A stretch of DNA of 36,538 nt from a virus: UHGV virus genome UHGV-0210818; one strand, written 5' to 3'. Each line of letters opens with the position of its first letter. Position 1 is the first letter of the stretch. A program made the position numbers and the translations under genes. Positions 27,153 through 35,406 of the stretch are shown piece by piece. The notes beneath the pieces were generated by a model that was given only the letters and a program-made list of their open reading frames with translations, did not search any database and had not been told where the DNA came from.

Positions 27153-27747
27153 CGAGGATATCGTTATCGGCTATATCCTTGGATATAATGACGGCACGGC
27201 AGCAGGCAGCAGCACGATAATCAGCAAATCCATCACAAAAAACGGCACTTATCATGCGGCTGATGATAATGCGGACGGGTTTGACCCTGTTACCGTCAAT
27301 GTTAAGATGTCCCAGAAAGAGATAGATGATCTTATAGAGTGGGTTATAGATCAGATCAAGCCGCAGCTGCCCGATGATACGGAGATCACGCCGCCGACTA
27401 TCGATGCGGACAGCGATTATGCTCCGAGTATGGACGGGGCGGATTATCCGTATCTTGTGAGCGTGTCTGCTGACGGCAGGATGCATGAGGTCATGTACGG
27501 CGTAGCGGTTGATACTAAGTACGGTTCCAGCAAAATGTACTATGTCGATCTGTATGCGGACGGCAAGCTGATACGCCATGACAGCAAGCTTGAGGTAACA
27601 GAGTATGGCACCATACCCGGCAAGACCGCAAAACTGCTGTCTAACGGCGCTGTTGAGGTCACATCGCGCTGGGCGGACGGCACAACAAAAGCACAAACAT
27701 GGGGACCCTATCTGTCGTACAGCAATGCTACGGTCTGGGCGATTTAA
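27142..27747 (+). CDS. Putative tail/adsorption protein
   Basis: KSITKNGTY.A.DDNADGF.PVTVNV motif; GGAGGTG RBS. Confidence 0.65.
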   Translation: MMVDEDIVIGYILGYNDGTAAGSSTIISKSITKNGTYHAADDNADGFDPVTVNVKMSQKEIDDLIEWVIDQIKPQLPDDTEITPPTIDADSDYAPSMDGADYPYLVSVSADGRMHEVMYGVAVDTKYGSSKMYYVDLYADGKLIRHDSKLEVTEYGTIPGKTAKLLSNGAVEVTSRWADGTTKAQTWGPYLSYSNATVWAI

Positions 27748-27759
27748 GGAGGTTTAAAA

Positions 27760-28419
27760 ATGGCAACAACATTAACTAATCCAATAGCGACAGTCACGCT
27801 TGCGGGCACGGCGGAGCGCATCACGCTGCCGTCTACATACTCATGGATATGGGTGCGAAATGACACAGATGCGGCTGTGTACATCTCGCAGGCTGATGAT
27901 GTCGGTGAGGGCGTGAGCGGCTCTGTCGCTGTCCCCGCAGGCGGTGCGGCTCGGTTGGCGCTTACCGGGGACAGCTTTTATGCGGTCGGCACGGGAGCGG
28001 TGCAGATTGTGGCGGCTAACTATACTGACTGCCCTTTTAAGGATGCCCCTGCGGTGAGCGGGGGCGGGTCGGAGAGTGGCGGCAATGGCATGACGCTGAT
28101 AGCGAGTGTTGCGGGTGTGAACACGACATCTAAGACGATAGAGGGCTTTGATATTAAAGTCGGCGATAGGTATTATTTCGAGGGGTACTATCAAGCAACG
28201 ATAAGCGGCTACTCTAAGCAGTTTGTTTTTATAAATTCAACCGTGGAAGTATGTGAATCATCTCAGGTAGTTAAAGTGCCTTTCTATGCCCTAAACTCAA
28301 CAGGCACACCAATACATAGTGACAGGAGCTTTCTTAATATTGCGTTTAGCAACAGCACTATGTCCTTGATGACGGGCGAAAGCGGTCTTGCCAAACTCAA
28401 CATCTATAAGCTCGATTAA
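27760..28419 (+). CDS. Putative receptor-binding or fibre protein
   Basis: Two beta-rich domains joined by SGGGSESGG; AAGGAGG RBS. Confidence 0.6.
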   Translation: MATTLTNPIATVTLAGTAERITLPSTYSWIWVRNDTDAAVYISQADDVGEGVSGSVAVPAGGAARLALTGDSFYAVGTGAVQIVAANYTDCPFKDAPAVSGGGSESGGNGMTLIASVAGVNTTSKTIEGFDIKVGDRYYFEGYYQATISGYSKQFVFINSTVEVCESSQVVKVPFYALNSTGTPIHSDRSFLNIAFSNSTMSLMTGESGLAKLNIYKLD

Positions 28420-28431
28420 GGAGGTCAGAAA

Positions 28432-28701
28432 ATGAAAATAGTAACCGACGAAAGCAACGTAATAACGGCTATCCTTTATGCAGGCGACATGGGCGGAGCT
28501 ATTGAAGTCACTGACCCGCCTGCCGACCTCGATACGCTTAAATACAAGTACATTAACGGCGCATTTATAGCATGCCCCGACTACACCCCTCCCGAGTCCG
28601 AGCCCGCGCCTGCTGTCAGCTCTGACGACAGGCTCTCGGCAACGGAGGACGCAGTAGCCGAGATTATAGAGATGTTGATGGGAGGTGATAGTGATGGCTG
28701 A
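28432..28701 (+). CDS. Hypothetical protein (XkdW-like position)
   Basis: YKY.NG.F, RLSATEDAVAE; RBS present. Confidence 0.7.
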   Translation: MKIVTDESNVITAILYAGDMGGAIEVTDPPADLDTLKYKYINGAFIACPDYTPPESEPAPAVSSDDRLSATEDAVAEIIEMLMGGDSDG

Positions 28702-28822
28702 GTTTTATGCTTACCGCATCATCTGCGGTAAGACTACAATTGCAAAGGTGCCTAAAAAGCTCAGAGAAGATGTGAAAACTGTACTGACTGAGCTGGGTTA
28801 TCCCAAGCTGGCGGAGGAGTGA
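28694..28822 (+). CDS. 42-aa CD1375/XkdX-like protein (not in the ORF track)
   Basis: MAEFYAYRIICGKTTIAKVPKKLREDVKTVLTELGYPKLAEE; GGAGGTG RBS. Confidence 0.8.
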   Translation: MAEFYAYRIICGKTTIAKVPKKLREDVKTVLTELGYPKLAEE

Positions 28823-28826
28823 TTTT

Positions 28827-29555
28827 ATGGAGATAACAAAAATGCTGCTGGATATCAATCCATACAGCAGACCTCACATCATGAGGGATAAGACTACCAA
28901 GGTTGCTGTGCATTATGTCGGCAATCCTGGAACATCTGCCCTGGCTAACCGTAACTACTTTAATAATCTCGCTAAAAATCACAGCCGATATGTATCATCT
29001 AACTACATCATCGGCATTGCTGGCGAGGTCATCGAGTGCGTGCCGCCTGATGAGATAGCTTACTGCACCAATCAGGCAAACGCATACAGCGTCAGCATTG
29101 AGTGCTGTCACCCTGACGAGACGGGCAAGTTTACGGATGCGACGGAAACGAGCCTTGCGGAACTGTGTGTGTACCTGCTTGAACGCTATCATCTGACGGC
29201 TGATGACATCATCAGGCACTATGATGTGACTGGCAAGCAGTGTCCGCTGTACTGGTCGCCGACTAAATATCAGCCCGCCGAGGTCGCTAACGCAAGGTTT
29301 AGGGCATTTAAAAAACGTGTGCGCCGCATGATGGGCGGCAAGCCTGCCAGCGGTGAGTTTAAGGTGCGTGTCATTGACGATGCGCTTAATATCCGCAAGG
29401 CTCCGGGGACAAGCTCTGAGGTGGTCGGAGTCATCAGGGGCGGCGGGGTGTACACTATCGTCAGTACTCAGACAGTCGGCTCGGTCAGATGGGGACGGCT
29501 TAAATCGGGTGCGGGGTGGATAAGCCTCGGAAGCAAGTATGTCAAGGAGGTGTAA
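28827..29555 (+). CDS. Endolysin: Amidase_2 plus SH3b-like cell-wall-binding domain
   Basis: VHYVGN, SSNYIIG, SIECCH, RHYDVTGK.CP; LNIRK.PG...WGRLKSGAGWI. Confidence 0.92.
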   Translation: MEITKMLLDINPYSRPHIMRDKTTKVAVHYVGNPGTSALANRNYFNNLAKNHSRYVSSNYIIGIAGEVIECVPPDEIAYCTNQANAYSVSIECCHPDETGKFTDATETSLAELCVYLLERYHLTADDIIRHYDVTGKQCPLYWSPTKYQPAEVANARFRAFKKRVRRMMGGKPASGEFKVRVIDDALNIRKAPGTSSEVVGVIRGGGVYTIVSTQTVGSVRWGRLKSGAGWISLGSKYVKEV

Positions 29556-30013
29556 TGGTGCATATTGATGCTAACAATTTAAAAAATATCGTACTCGCCG
29601 CCTGCGCAGCGGTAGGGAGCTATGTCGCAAATGCCCTCGGCGGCTGGGACTCGGCTCTTAAACTGCTCATAGCTCTGATGGCGGCTGACTACATCACGGG
29701 CTTTTTGCTTGCTATGATCTGGCACAGGTCTAATAAGAGTCCGACAGGTGCGTTATCGTCAAAGGCAGGGTTTAAAGGCATTTGCAAAAAAGGTGCGATC
29801 CTGCTGATGGTGTGGGTCGCTGTCATGCTCGATGGAGCTATCGGCTCGGAGTATGTGAGAGTAGCTGTGATTCTGTTTTTCGTCGGCAATGAGGGGCTGT
29901 CGCTCCTCGAAAACCTCGGATTGATGGGTGTGCCTTACCCGTCGTTTTTACAAAGAGCCCTCGAAGCTCTCAGGAGCAAGGGCGATCAGGGCGACAAGGA
30001 TACTGAGATGTAA
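29555..30013 (+). CDS. Holin (Phage_holin_4_1-like)
   Basis: LGGWD, DYITG, SS..GFKG..KK, NEGLSLLEN...MGVP.P. Confidence 0.9.
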   Translation: MVHIDANNLKNIVLAACAAVGSYVANALGGWDSALKLLIALMAADYITGFLLAMIWHRSNKSPTGALSSKAGFKGICKKGAILLMVWVAVMLDGAIGSEYVRVAVILFFVGNEGLSLLENLGLMGVPYPSFLQRALEALRSKGDQGDKDTEM

Positions 30014-30017
30014 TATG

Positions 30018-30056
30018 ATCCCCCGCTGGGCTGCTGTTTTGGCAGTTCGGCGGGGG
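30018..30056 (+). repeat. 39-bp hairpin/terminator, copy 1
   Basis: 35/39 identical to 31468-31506. Confidence 0.85.
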
Positions 30057-30113
30057 ATTATTTGTATATATTGATGTAATTTTATAGGGTGGGTTTGTGC
30101 AGGTATACAAAAC

Positions 30114-30180
30114 GTTCCAAATCGGAATATTTTTCTTGAAAAGGTATTGACAATTGTTCCAAATTGGAGTATACTATAAT
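30114..30180 (+). promoter_or_regulatory. Strong promoter with two palindromic operators
   Basis: TTGACA 30147-30152, N17, TATACT 30170-30175; GTTCCAAATCGGAAT 30114-30128 and GTTCCAAATTGGAGT 30156-30170. Confidence 0.8.
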
Positions 30181-30229
30181 TACAGAAAGGGGAGCGGAAA
30201 ACCCACAAACCGCAGAAAGGTTGATAAAT

Positions 30230-30460
30230 ATGAGAAAGTACATTGATGAAAACAACAACGAAGTAAAGGCAAGCAACTACCAGGAAGCCGCAGAAAAGCT
30301 TTACGGACAGGACAAAGGCTACAGCGGATGCAGAACAACAATTGCAAAGGCACATCGCGGATATGCAGATGTAAGAGTTTACAAGGCGGGCGACAAGATA
30401 GGCTCATATTACGGAGTCCAGGCAGCAACACCCGCAGAACACACTCTCAAAAGAATGTAA
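30230..30460 (+). CDS. 76-aa hypothetical protein; anti-defence candidate
   Basis: GAAAGG RBS; first gene after the operator-containing promoter. Confidence 0.75.
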   Translation: MRKYIDENNNEVKASNYQEAAEKLYGQDKGYSGCRTTIAKAHRGYADVRVYKAGDKIGSYYGVQAATPAEHTLKRM

Positions 30461-30513
30461 TTAAACACAGGGGCGGCGGTCAGAGCTCCGCCCCACAAAA
30501 AGGAGTAATAATT

Positions 30514-30858
30514 ATGACATTTAAACTGTTTAGAACGCTTTACGGTGAAGCACTGGAAGCCACAGACCTCGACCACTACATCATGGAGAGAGGATGGCAG
30601 GAGTGGATGAGCGAAATGCCGCTCGACACTGTTACAACTGTGCTGAAAAAGACATATGAGCTTGCTAAGGCTCCTGACAAGTGGGAGGCGGTCAAGAGCT
30701 GCTTTCCGAGCCTTAAAGCTCTATCTGACTATGTGGGTGTGCCGTACAGCACGCTGCAGAAGTGGAGCATAGGAGTAAGCAAGCCCACAGACTATATGCT
30801 GATGCTGCTGTCCTTTATTGCCGTGAGCGACATGACAGGGGCGCAGAAAGATGAGTAA
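30514..30858 (+). CDS. Protein with C-terminal HTH (Aca-like)
   Basis: SLKALSDYVGVPYSTLQKWSIG..KP.DY; AAGGAG RBS. Confidence 0.8.
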   Translation: MTFKLFRTLYGEALEATDLDHYIMERGWQEWMSEMPLDTVTTVLKKTYELAKAPDKWEAVKSCFPSLKALSDYVGVPYSTLQKWSIGVSKPTDYMLMLLSFIAVSDMTGAQKDE

Positions 30859-31435
30859 GCGAACCGATCTGACTGGGCGCAAGTTTGGCGAGCTTGTCGC
30901 AGTAAGATATGTCGGCGAAGCCAAGTGGCTCTGCCGATGCTCTTGCGGCGCAGAAAAGGAGGTGCTTGCTCAAAACCTCATGAGAGGTCATACACGGTCC
31001 TGCGGACATAGTAAGGATCGCATCGGCGAGCAGCATGGCAGACTCAAGATCATCAGCAAGCTGCCAAACGGGTATATGAGCATTTGCGAGTGCGGCGAGG
31101 AACGTTTTATATCTGCACAAGCTCTTGCAAAGCAGCCACCGATGATGTGCGAGCAATGCGCACGGCAACAGCAGGCAGCAGCTGTACGCAGCAAGGTTTT
31201 TGATGGCGGCACGCAGCCGTCAAAGATAAAACTTGATAAAGAGCCCACCAAAGCAAACAAGAGCGGTGTAGTTGGTGTCAACTGGGACAAATCACGGGGC
31301 AAGTGGCAGGCGAGCTTGCGGTTTAAGGGGCACAAGTATAATTTAGGACGTTTCGATAATCTGCAAGATGCAATTGATGCTCGGCGCAAGGCAGAGGAGG
31401 AAATCTACCTGCCTTACATTGAGGGTAAAAAATAA
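30851..31435 (+). CDS. AP2-domain protein with Cys repeats
   Basis: DLTGRKFG.L..., WLCRCSCG, SCG; NKSGVVGV.WDKSRGKWQA...LGRF...DAI.AR..AEE. Confidence 0.85.
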   Translation: MSKRTDLTGRKFGELVAVRYVGEAKWLCRCSCGAEKEVLAQNLMRGHTRSCGHSKDRIGEQHGRLKIISKLPNGYMSICECGEERFISAQALAKQPPMMCEQCARQQQAAAVRSKVFDGGTQPSKIKLDKEPTKANKSGVVGVNWDKSRGKWQASLRFKGHKYNLGRFDNLQDAIDARRKAEEEIYLPYIEGKK

Positions 31436-31467
31436 AAATCCAGGGCGATAATGGCGGTAAATGAACT

Positions 31468-31506
31468 ATCCCCTGCCGGACTGCTGTTTTGGAAGTTCGG
31501 CGGGGG
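31468..31506 (+). repeat. 39-bp hairpin/terminator, copy 2
   Basis: Direct repeat of 30018-30056 at an offset of 1450 bp. Confidence 0.85.
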
Positions 31507-31644
31507 GGCTTTTTAGGACACTTTTTAGGACACTTTTTGATTTCATACTCAAAATTAATGCTTTGATTTATAAAATCGAAAGTCAGCAAACCCAATAAAA
31601 TAGGGAATTTTCAGCTGAATGATTTTAGACCGATTAACGTATAG

Positions 31645-31672
31645 AGGAGTTCGATTCTCCTCATCTCCACCA
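31645..31672 (+). other. 3' fragment (T-arm plus acceptor strand) of tRNA-Ala or tmRNA; not a full gene
   Basis: AGGAG-TTCGATT-CTCCT-CATCTCC-ACCA. Confidence 0.85.
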
Positions 31673-31674
31673 TT

Positions 31675-31708
31675 AAAAAACGCCCTAATTTAGGGCGTTT
31701 TTCTTTTT
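31675..31708. terminator. Bidirectional intrinsic terminator
   Basis: AAAAAACGCCCTA-att-TAGGGCGTTTTT. Confidence 0.85.
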
Positions 31709-31750
31709 GTGTGTTTGATTTATAGGACACTATTTAGGACACTTTGATTT

Positions 31751-32848
31751 TTAACCCGTCAGAAGCTTGCTGAAAACATCATTTACGAGAGCGGCTGCAA
31801 GCTCTTTGTCTCCGTCTATCTCGTGGCTGTACACACCGTAAGTGTCCATGTCTTTACTATGCCCCACAAGCTGTTTTAGCAATCCTTCGGGCAGACCCTT
31901 TATTGCGGATACAAACGTATGACGCAGTTCATATGGGGACGCATCTGCTATTTCATGCTGCTCTTTGTATCTCAGCCAGCTTTTATAATATCTGCGTTCG
32001 GGCAGCGGTTCAGCATCGTTGGAAAAGACATAGTCGGTCGATATTTCCCTTTCCCGCTGATATTCTTTCTGAGATTCCAGGATATGTGCAGCGATAGGTG
32101 TTACGGCAAATTTTCTGAGGGCATTGCTGTTTTTTCCCGAAGTTGTTTCGCCGTATACGTTGATGCTGCGCTTGATCTCCACAAAATTATCAGATATATC
32201 AGACCATCTGAGCCCGCAGATTTCTCCGGGGCGCATACCCGTTACGACAGCCCAGCGATACGCAAAGATATACGGATCCTGGATCTCCTTGTTATATTTT
32301 ATAATGCTGCTTTCCGAAAACAGCGTTTTCAGGTCTGTCGGCTGCAAGATGGTGTGATTCGGAGCCGCTGCGTTTTTGGGGATATCTATATCTGCGGTGC
32401 TCAGTGTTGTCAAGTGCTTTTTTCGGCAGTCCTTTAAAAACAGGGACAGCTCAGAGCGGAGGTTTTTCAGCGTTTTTGCGGAAAGATTTCTTTTTTTATA
32501 TGCCGTATCAATAACCGCCTGTATGTCGGTATCGGTGAGGCTTGACAGTTTAAGTGTACCTATGCACGGCTTTATATACAGGCGATAATACTTTTCTGTC
32601 TGTACATATGCGCTATGAGATTTTTCATCTTTTACTTTGATGAGATATTTATCAAACACCGCCGATACTTTTGTCGCTGTTGATTCAAGTCCTTCATCGA
32701 GCCATGCATCAGCCTTGGCATTTGCTTCACGCTGTCCTGCTCTGCCGGGAGTGGAGCTGTAAAATGACTTTCTTACGCCATTTTTCTGGACTTTGATTTG
32801 CCAATGTTTTTGCTTATCATACCATTGTGCGGTGTTTGTACGTTTCAT
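31751..32848 (-). CDS. int: Tyrosine integrase
   Basis: TGMRPGEI.GLRWSD, YELRHTF, VGHS, YGVYSH. Confidence 0.93.
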   Translation of the reverse strand: MKRTNTAQWYDKQKHWQIKVQKNGVRKSFYSSTPGRAGQREANAKADAWLDEGLESTATKVSAVFDKYLIKVKDEKSHSAYVQTEKYYRLYIKPCIGTLKLSSLTDTDIQAVIDTAYKKRNLSAKTLKNLRSELSLFLKDCRKKHLTTLSTADIDIPKNAAAPNHTILQPTDLKTLFSESSIIKYNKEIQDPYIFAYRWAVVTGMRPGEICGLRWSDISDNFVEIKRSINVYGETTSGKNSNALRKFAVTPIAAHILESQKEYQREREISTDYVFSNDAEPLPERRYYKSWLRYKEQHEIADASPYELRHTFVSAIKGLPEGLLKQLVGHSKDMDTYGVYSHEIDGDKELAAALVNDVFSKLLTG

Positions 32849-32897
32849 GGGCGATCTCCTTTCGTTGCTTTTGGCATGTTGTGCGGGGATTTTTTTA

Positions 32898-33194
32898 TTA
32901 ATGCTTTACCGCTCCGCACTTTGCGCATCTGTCAGCACTAAGGGCGTTGACATGACTGCACGCAACGCATTGCCATGTGTAAGCATTAATATACGTTTCA
33001 GCAGCTGCTCTGATCGCTTCGAGGTGTTCCAAAATTGCGGCTATTACTCGCAATAAGATAAACAGGGCAACTCCACCGAATAATATTGTTGCCCCTGTTG
33101 ATGCAAGCAGGACGGTTGCTATCATAATAATGCCTGCGATAAGCGAAAGGGCAAGCACGATGATTGATATTGTTTTTACGGTTGATGATTTCAT
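32898..33194 (-). CDS. Two-TM membrane protein with RanBP2-type Zn finger
   Basis: Two hydrophobic segments; WQCVACSHVNALSADRCAKC. Confidence 0.75.
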   Translation of the reverse strand: MKSSTVKTISIIVLALSLIAGIIMIATVLLASTGATILFGGVALFILLRVIAAILEHLEAIRAAAETYINAYTWQCVACSHVNALSADRCAKCGAVKH

Positions 33195-33206
33195 GATATT
33201 ACTCCT

Positions 33207-34088
33207 TTATTGACATATTTTAATTGCTTCTTCGGCGCAATTGCAAAACTGCATTTTCCTATGTTTCCCATCATAGATGGTCACATCAAATTTTAACTTT
33301 TGCTCGTTTTGTGCGCTCCAGCGTACACGATAGTTGCGGGATTGTGCAGACCATGTTGCTGTGGTAACATCGCCGACAGCCGCAAATGACGGGTGATATT
33401 CATAAAACGCATCGTTTATCTGGTCTTGTATCAGTGTATCATAGGCAAAGAGCGGGCGTATTTTTATGTTTGACATCTCCGCAACACGCATGATCTTGAT
33501 ATAATTATCGCTTCTCAGTTGCTTCATCCGAAAATACGCACCTTTGCCTTTCGGAGCAAATTCAGGCAGCACTCTTTCGATGATTTCATATTCTGCCGCT
33601 GAACGTTTTCTGTTGATGCTGTCAATATAGTCTTGCTTGCGCCTATGCCAAAGTGTATTGCACCTGCCTACTTCTTCTTCGGCTCTGTCATCGACAAACG
33701 GTCTGTTACTGATTTCGATTAAAGTGCGCACGTCATTTACAGAAGGACCTTCGTCGGTAATCATATAACTCATACCAAGATCAAAAGGATAAACAAATAA
33801 TCGACAATGGTAGGAGTATTTTAGGATGTAATCAGGTATCTTTGGAAACCTTGCATCGTTTCCTGATAAACAATATATCCGATGCCTATACTTTGTGCAC
33901 ATAGCACAGGAGCATGAACTAACGACCTGTATATAATCGATGTGACGTTCTTCGGCATAACGGAGTTGACGTATTAATGCATCATTATGCAGTAATTCGG
34001 ATTCGCTCGCCTCGTCGTCAAAATCAATGTATTTATATGGCGACGTGTGTGGCTCGGGAACCAGTTCGGGCAGTTTGTTTTCTGTCAT
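33207..34088 (-). CDS. Hypothetical protein with MuF/minor-capsid-like motifs
   Basis: C..C.KY..RIYCLSG.D.RFP...HCR..YPF; GGAG RBS. Confidence 0.7.
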   Translation of the reverse strand: MTENKLPELVPEPHTSPYKYIDFDDEASESELLHNDALIRQLRYAEERHIDYIQVVSSCSCAMCTKYRHRIYCLSGNDARFPKIPDYILKYSYHCRLFVYPFDLGMSYMITDEGPSVNDVRTLIEISNRPFVDDRAEEEVGRCNTLWHRRKQDYIDSINRKRSAAEYEIIERVLPEFAPKGKGAYFRMKQLRSDNYIKIMRVAEMSNIKIRPLFAYDTLIQDQINDAFYEYHPSFAAVGDVTTATWSAQSRNYRVRWSAQNEQKLKFDVTIYDGKHRKMQFCNCAEEAIKICQ

Positions 34089-34122
34089 AGGTGTTTAACT
34101 CCAATTTATATTTATCCACTTA

Positions 34123-34728
34123 TTAATACGCGCTGAAACCATACAATTCCGCTAGGGTATAACCACTGAAATAGCAGTACACGTTATCATTAAATTTATC
34201 ATAGTTATCTTGTGAAATATAATATTTATCGCTTTTTCTATTTGCAATAGTTGCTACTGCCATAGGTTCAGAAATGTTGAAACAATTTACATAATCTTGC
34301 TCAGTTTCTACACCAAAGCCATCAGCGATTTGCAGAGGGCATAAAACATTACGAGCGAAGCAGTTTGCTTCTTTATTTGCAGACCGATTATCCTCTGTAT
34401 GCTGTAAAACGATATGTCCTATTTCATGCGCGATAGTAAATCTGATCGTTTTTTCGTCTTTTAGCTCATTGAAACAAATTATGTATTTTTTCTCTTTAAA
34501 GTTAGGTATGGTAAATCCATGTTCACTACTTGCATACCTCAAGAAAAATTCAGCATATGTACACCCCATTTTTCTTGAAAGTTCTGTATAAGTATATACT
34601 TTTATTTTGAAATCTCTCGGAAGGAGATCAATGAGTGAAAAAACATCTACGACAGGCAAACGCCCTTGGTATTTACATAATAATTCGTATGCAGCGTTTG
34701 TAGCTCTTTTATAGTCAGGTTCAATCAT
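34123..34728 (-). CDS. ImmA/IrrE family metallopeptidase (anti-repressor)
   Basis: RFTIAHEIGH, EANCFARNVLCP; start overlaps the repressor stop. Confidence 0.9.
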   Translation of the reverse strand: MIEPDYKRATNAAYELLCKYQGRLPVVDVFSLIDLLPRDFKIKVYTYTELSRKMGCTYAEFFLRYASSEHGFTIPNFKEKKYIICFNELKDEKTIRFTIAHEIGHIVLQHTEDNRSANKEANCFARNVLCPLQIADGFGVETEQDYVNCFNISEPMAVATIANRKSDKYYISQDNYDKFNDNVYCYFSGYTLAELYGFSAY

Positions 34729-35029
34729 TGAATTCCTCCTTAAATATTGTCTTAGCGACATCAAGCAGTTTCTTTCGCTGCTCTGGTGTCATTTTTTTTG
34801 CTGCTCTGTTGAGTATTACTATTTCTTCTGGCATGTCATCAGCATCTCTGCCAAGTATAAAGTCTGTTGTTACGCCAAAAATGTCAGCCATTTTTATTAA
34901 AGATTCATTATCTGGCTGCCTATTTCCCATTTCCCAATTACATATAGTATTTTGAGCAACCCCTAACATTTCCCCTAATTTGTTTTGACTAATTTTCTTT
35001 TGCTTACGCAAATCTGCTATCCTATTCAT
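34721..35029 (-). CDS. CI/ImmR-like XRE repressor
   Basis: SQNKLGEMLGVAQNTICNWEMGNRQPD; AAGGAGG RBS. Confidence 0.9.
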   Translation of the reverse strand: MNRIADLRKQKKISQNKLGEMLGVAQNTICNWEMGNRQPDNESLIKMADIFGVTTDFILGRDADDMPEEIVILNRAAKKMTPEQRKKLLDVAKTIFKEEFND

Positions 35030-35076
35030 AAAATCCTCCTTTGAGATAAAAACAGAGTATTGTATCTCTTATACAA

Positions 35077-35176
35077 ATAATATCACACAATGAGATGAAA
35101 ATCAAGTCAAATATACAAATATCTCAAAAAGAGATTGACATATCCCATTTTGTGATGTATAATCGCATTGTGAGAT
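35077..35176. promoter_or_regulatory. Divergent promoters with four 15-bp operators
   Basis: Rightward TTGACA 35135-N17-TATAAT 35158; leftward TTGATT 35105-N17-TATTAT; operators at 35082, 35121, 35142 and 35162. Confidence 0.85.
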
Positions 35177-35198
35177 ATAAAAAGGGGGTGATAATCAC

Positions 35199-35393
35199 AT
35201 GTGCGGTATTCACAAATATAGATTAGCAAAAGGTTTATCACAGTCAGATCTTTCAAAATTGCTAAATGTTTCGCAAAACACAATATCTCAATGGGAAAAG
35301 GGGACAAGAAAGCCTGACATTATAATGTTAAAAAAGCTAGCTTTCTTTCTTGGTTGCACAACAGACGAACTGCTTGAACCTATCGAAATCTAA
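35199..35393 (+). CDS. Cro-like XRE regulator
   Basis: SQSDLSKLLNVSQNTISQWEKGTRKPD; divergent from the repressor. Confidence 0.88.
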   Translation: MCGIHKYRLAKGLSQSDLSKLLNVSQNTISQWEKGTRKPDIIMLKKLAFFLGCTTDELLEPIEI

Positions 35394-35406
35394 GGAGGAA
35401 TCACAA

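Larger units (their letters stand above)
31514..31742. other. attP: attP: arm-type repeats flanking a tRNA-Ala/tmRNA 3' core
   Basis: TAGGACAC at 31514, 31526, 31723 and 31735; core 31645-31672; adjacent to the integrase. Confidence 0.85.

Noticed and set aside
26910..28701. Diversity-generating retroelement or invertible tail locus
   Set aside because: No reverse transcriptase or invertase, and I saw no TR/VR pair or inverted cassette.
30851..31435. Active HNH homing endonuclease
   Set aside because: AP2 and Cys repeats are present, but no HNH catalytic motif is visible.
31600..31672. Complete tRNA or tmRNA gene
   Set aside because: Only the T-arm and 3' acceptor strand are present; no matching 5' strand, D-arm or anticodon arm upstream.
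31510..31745. CRISPR array from TAGGACAC repeats
   Set aside because: 8-bp units at 12-bp period with no spacers and no cas genes; they fit integrase arm sites.
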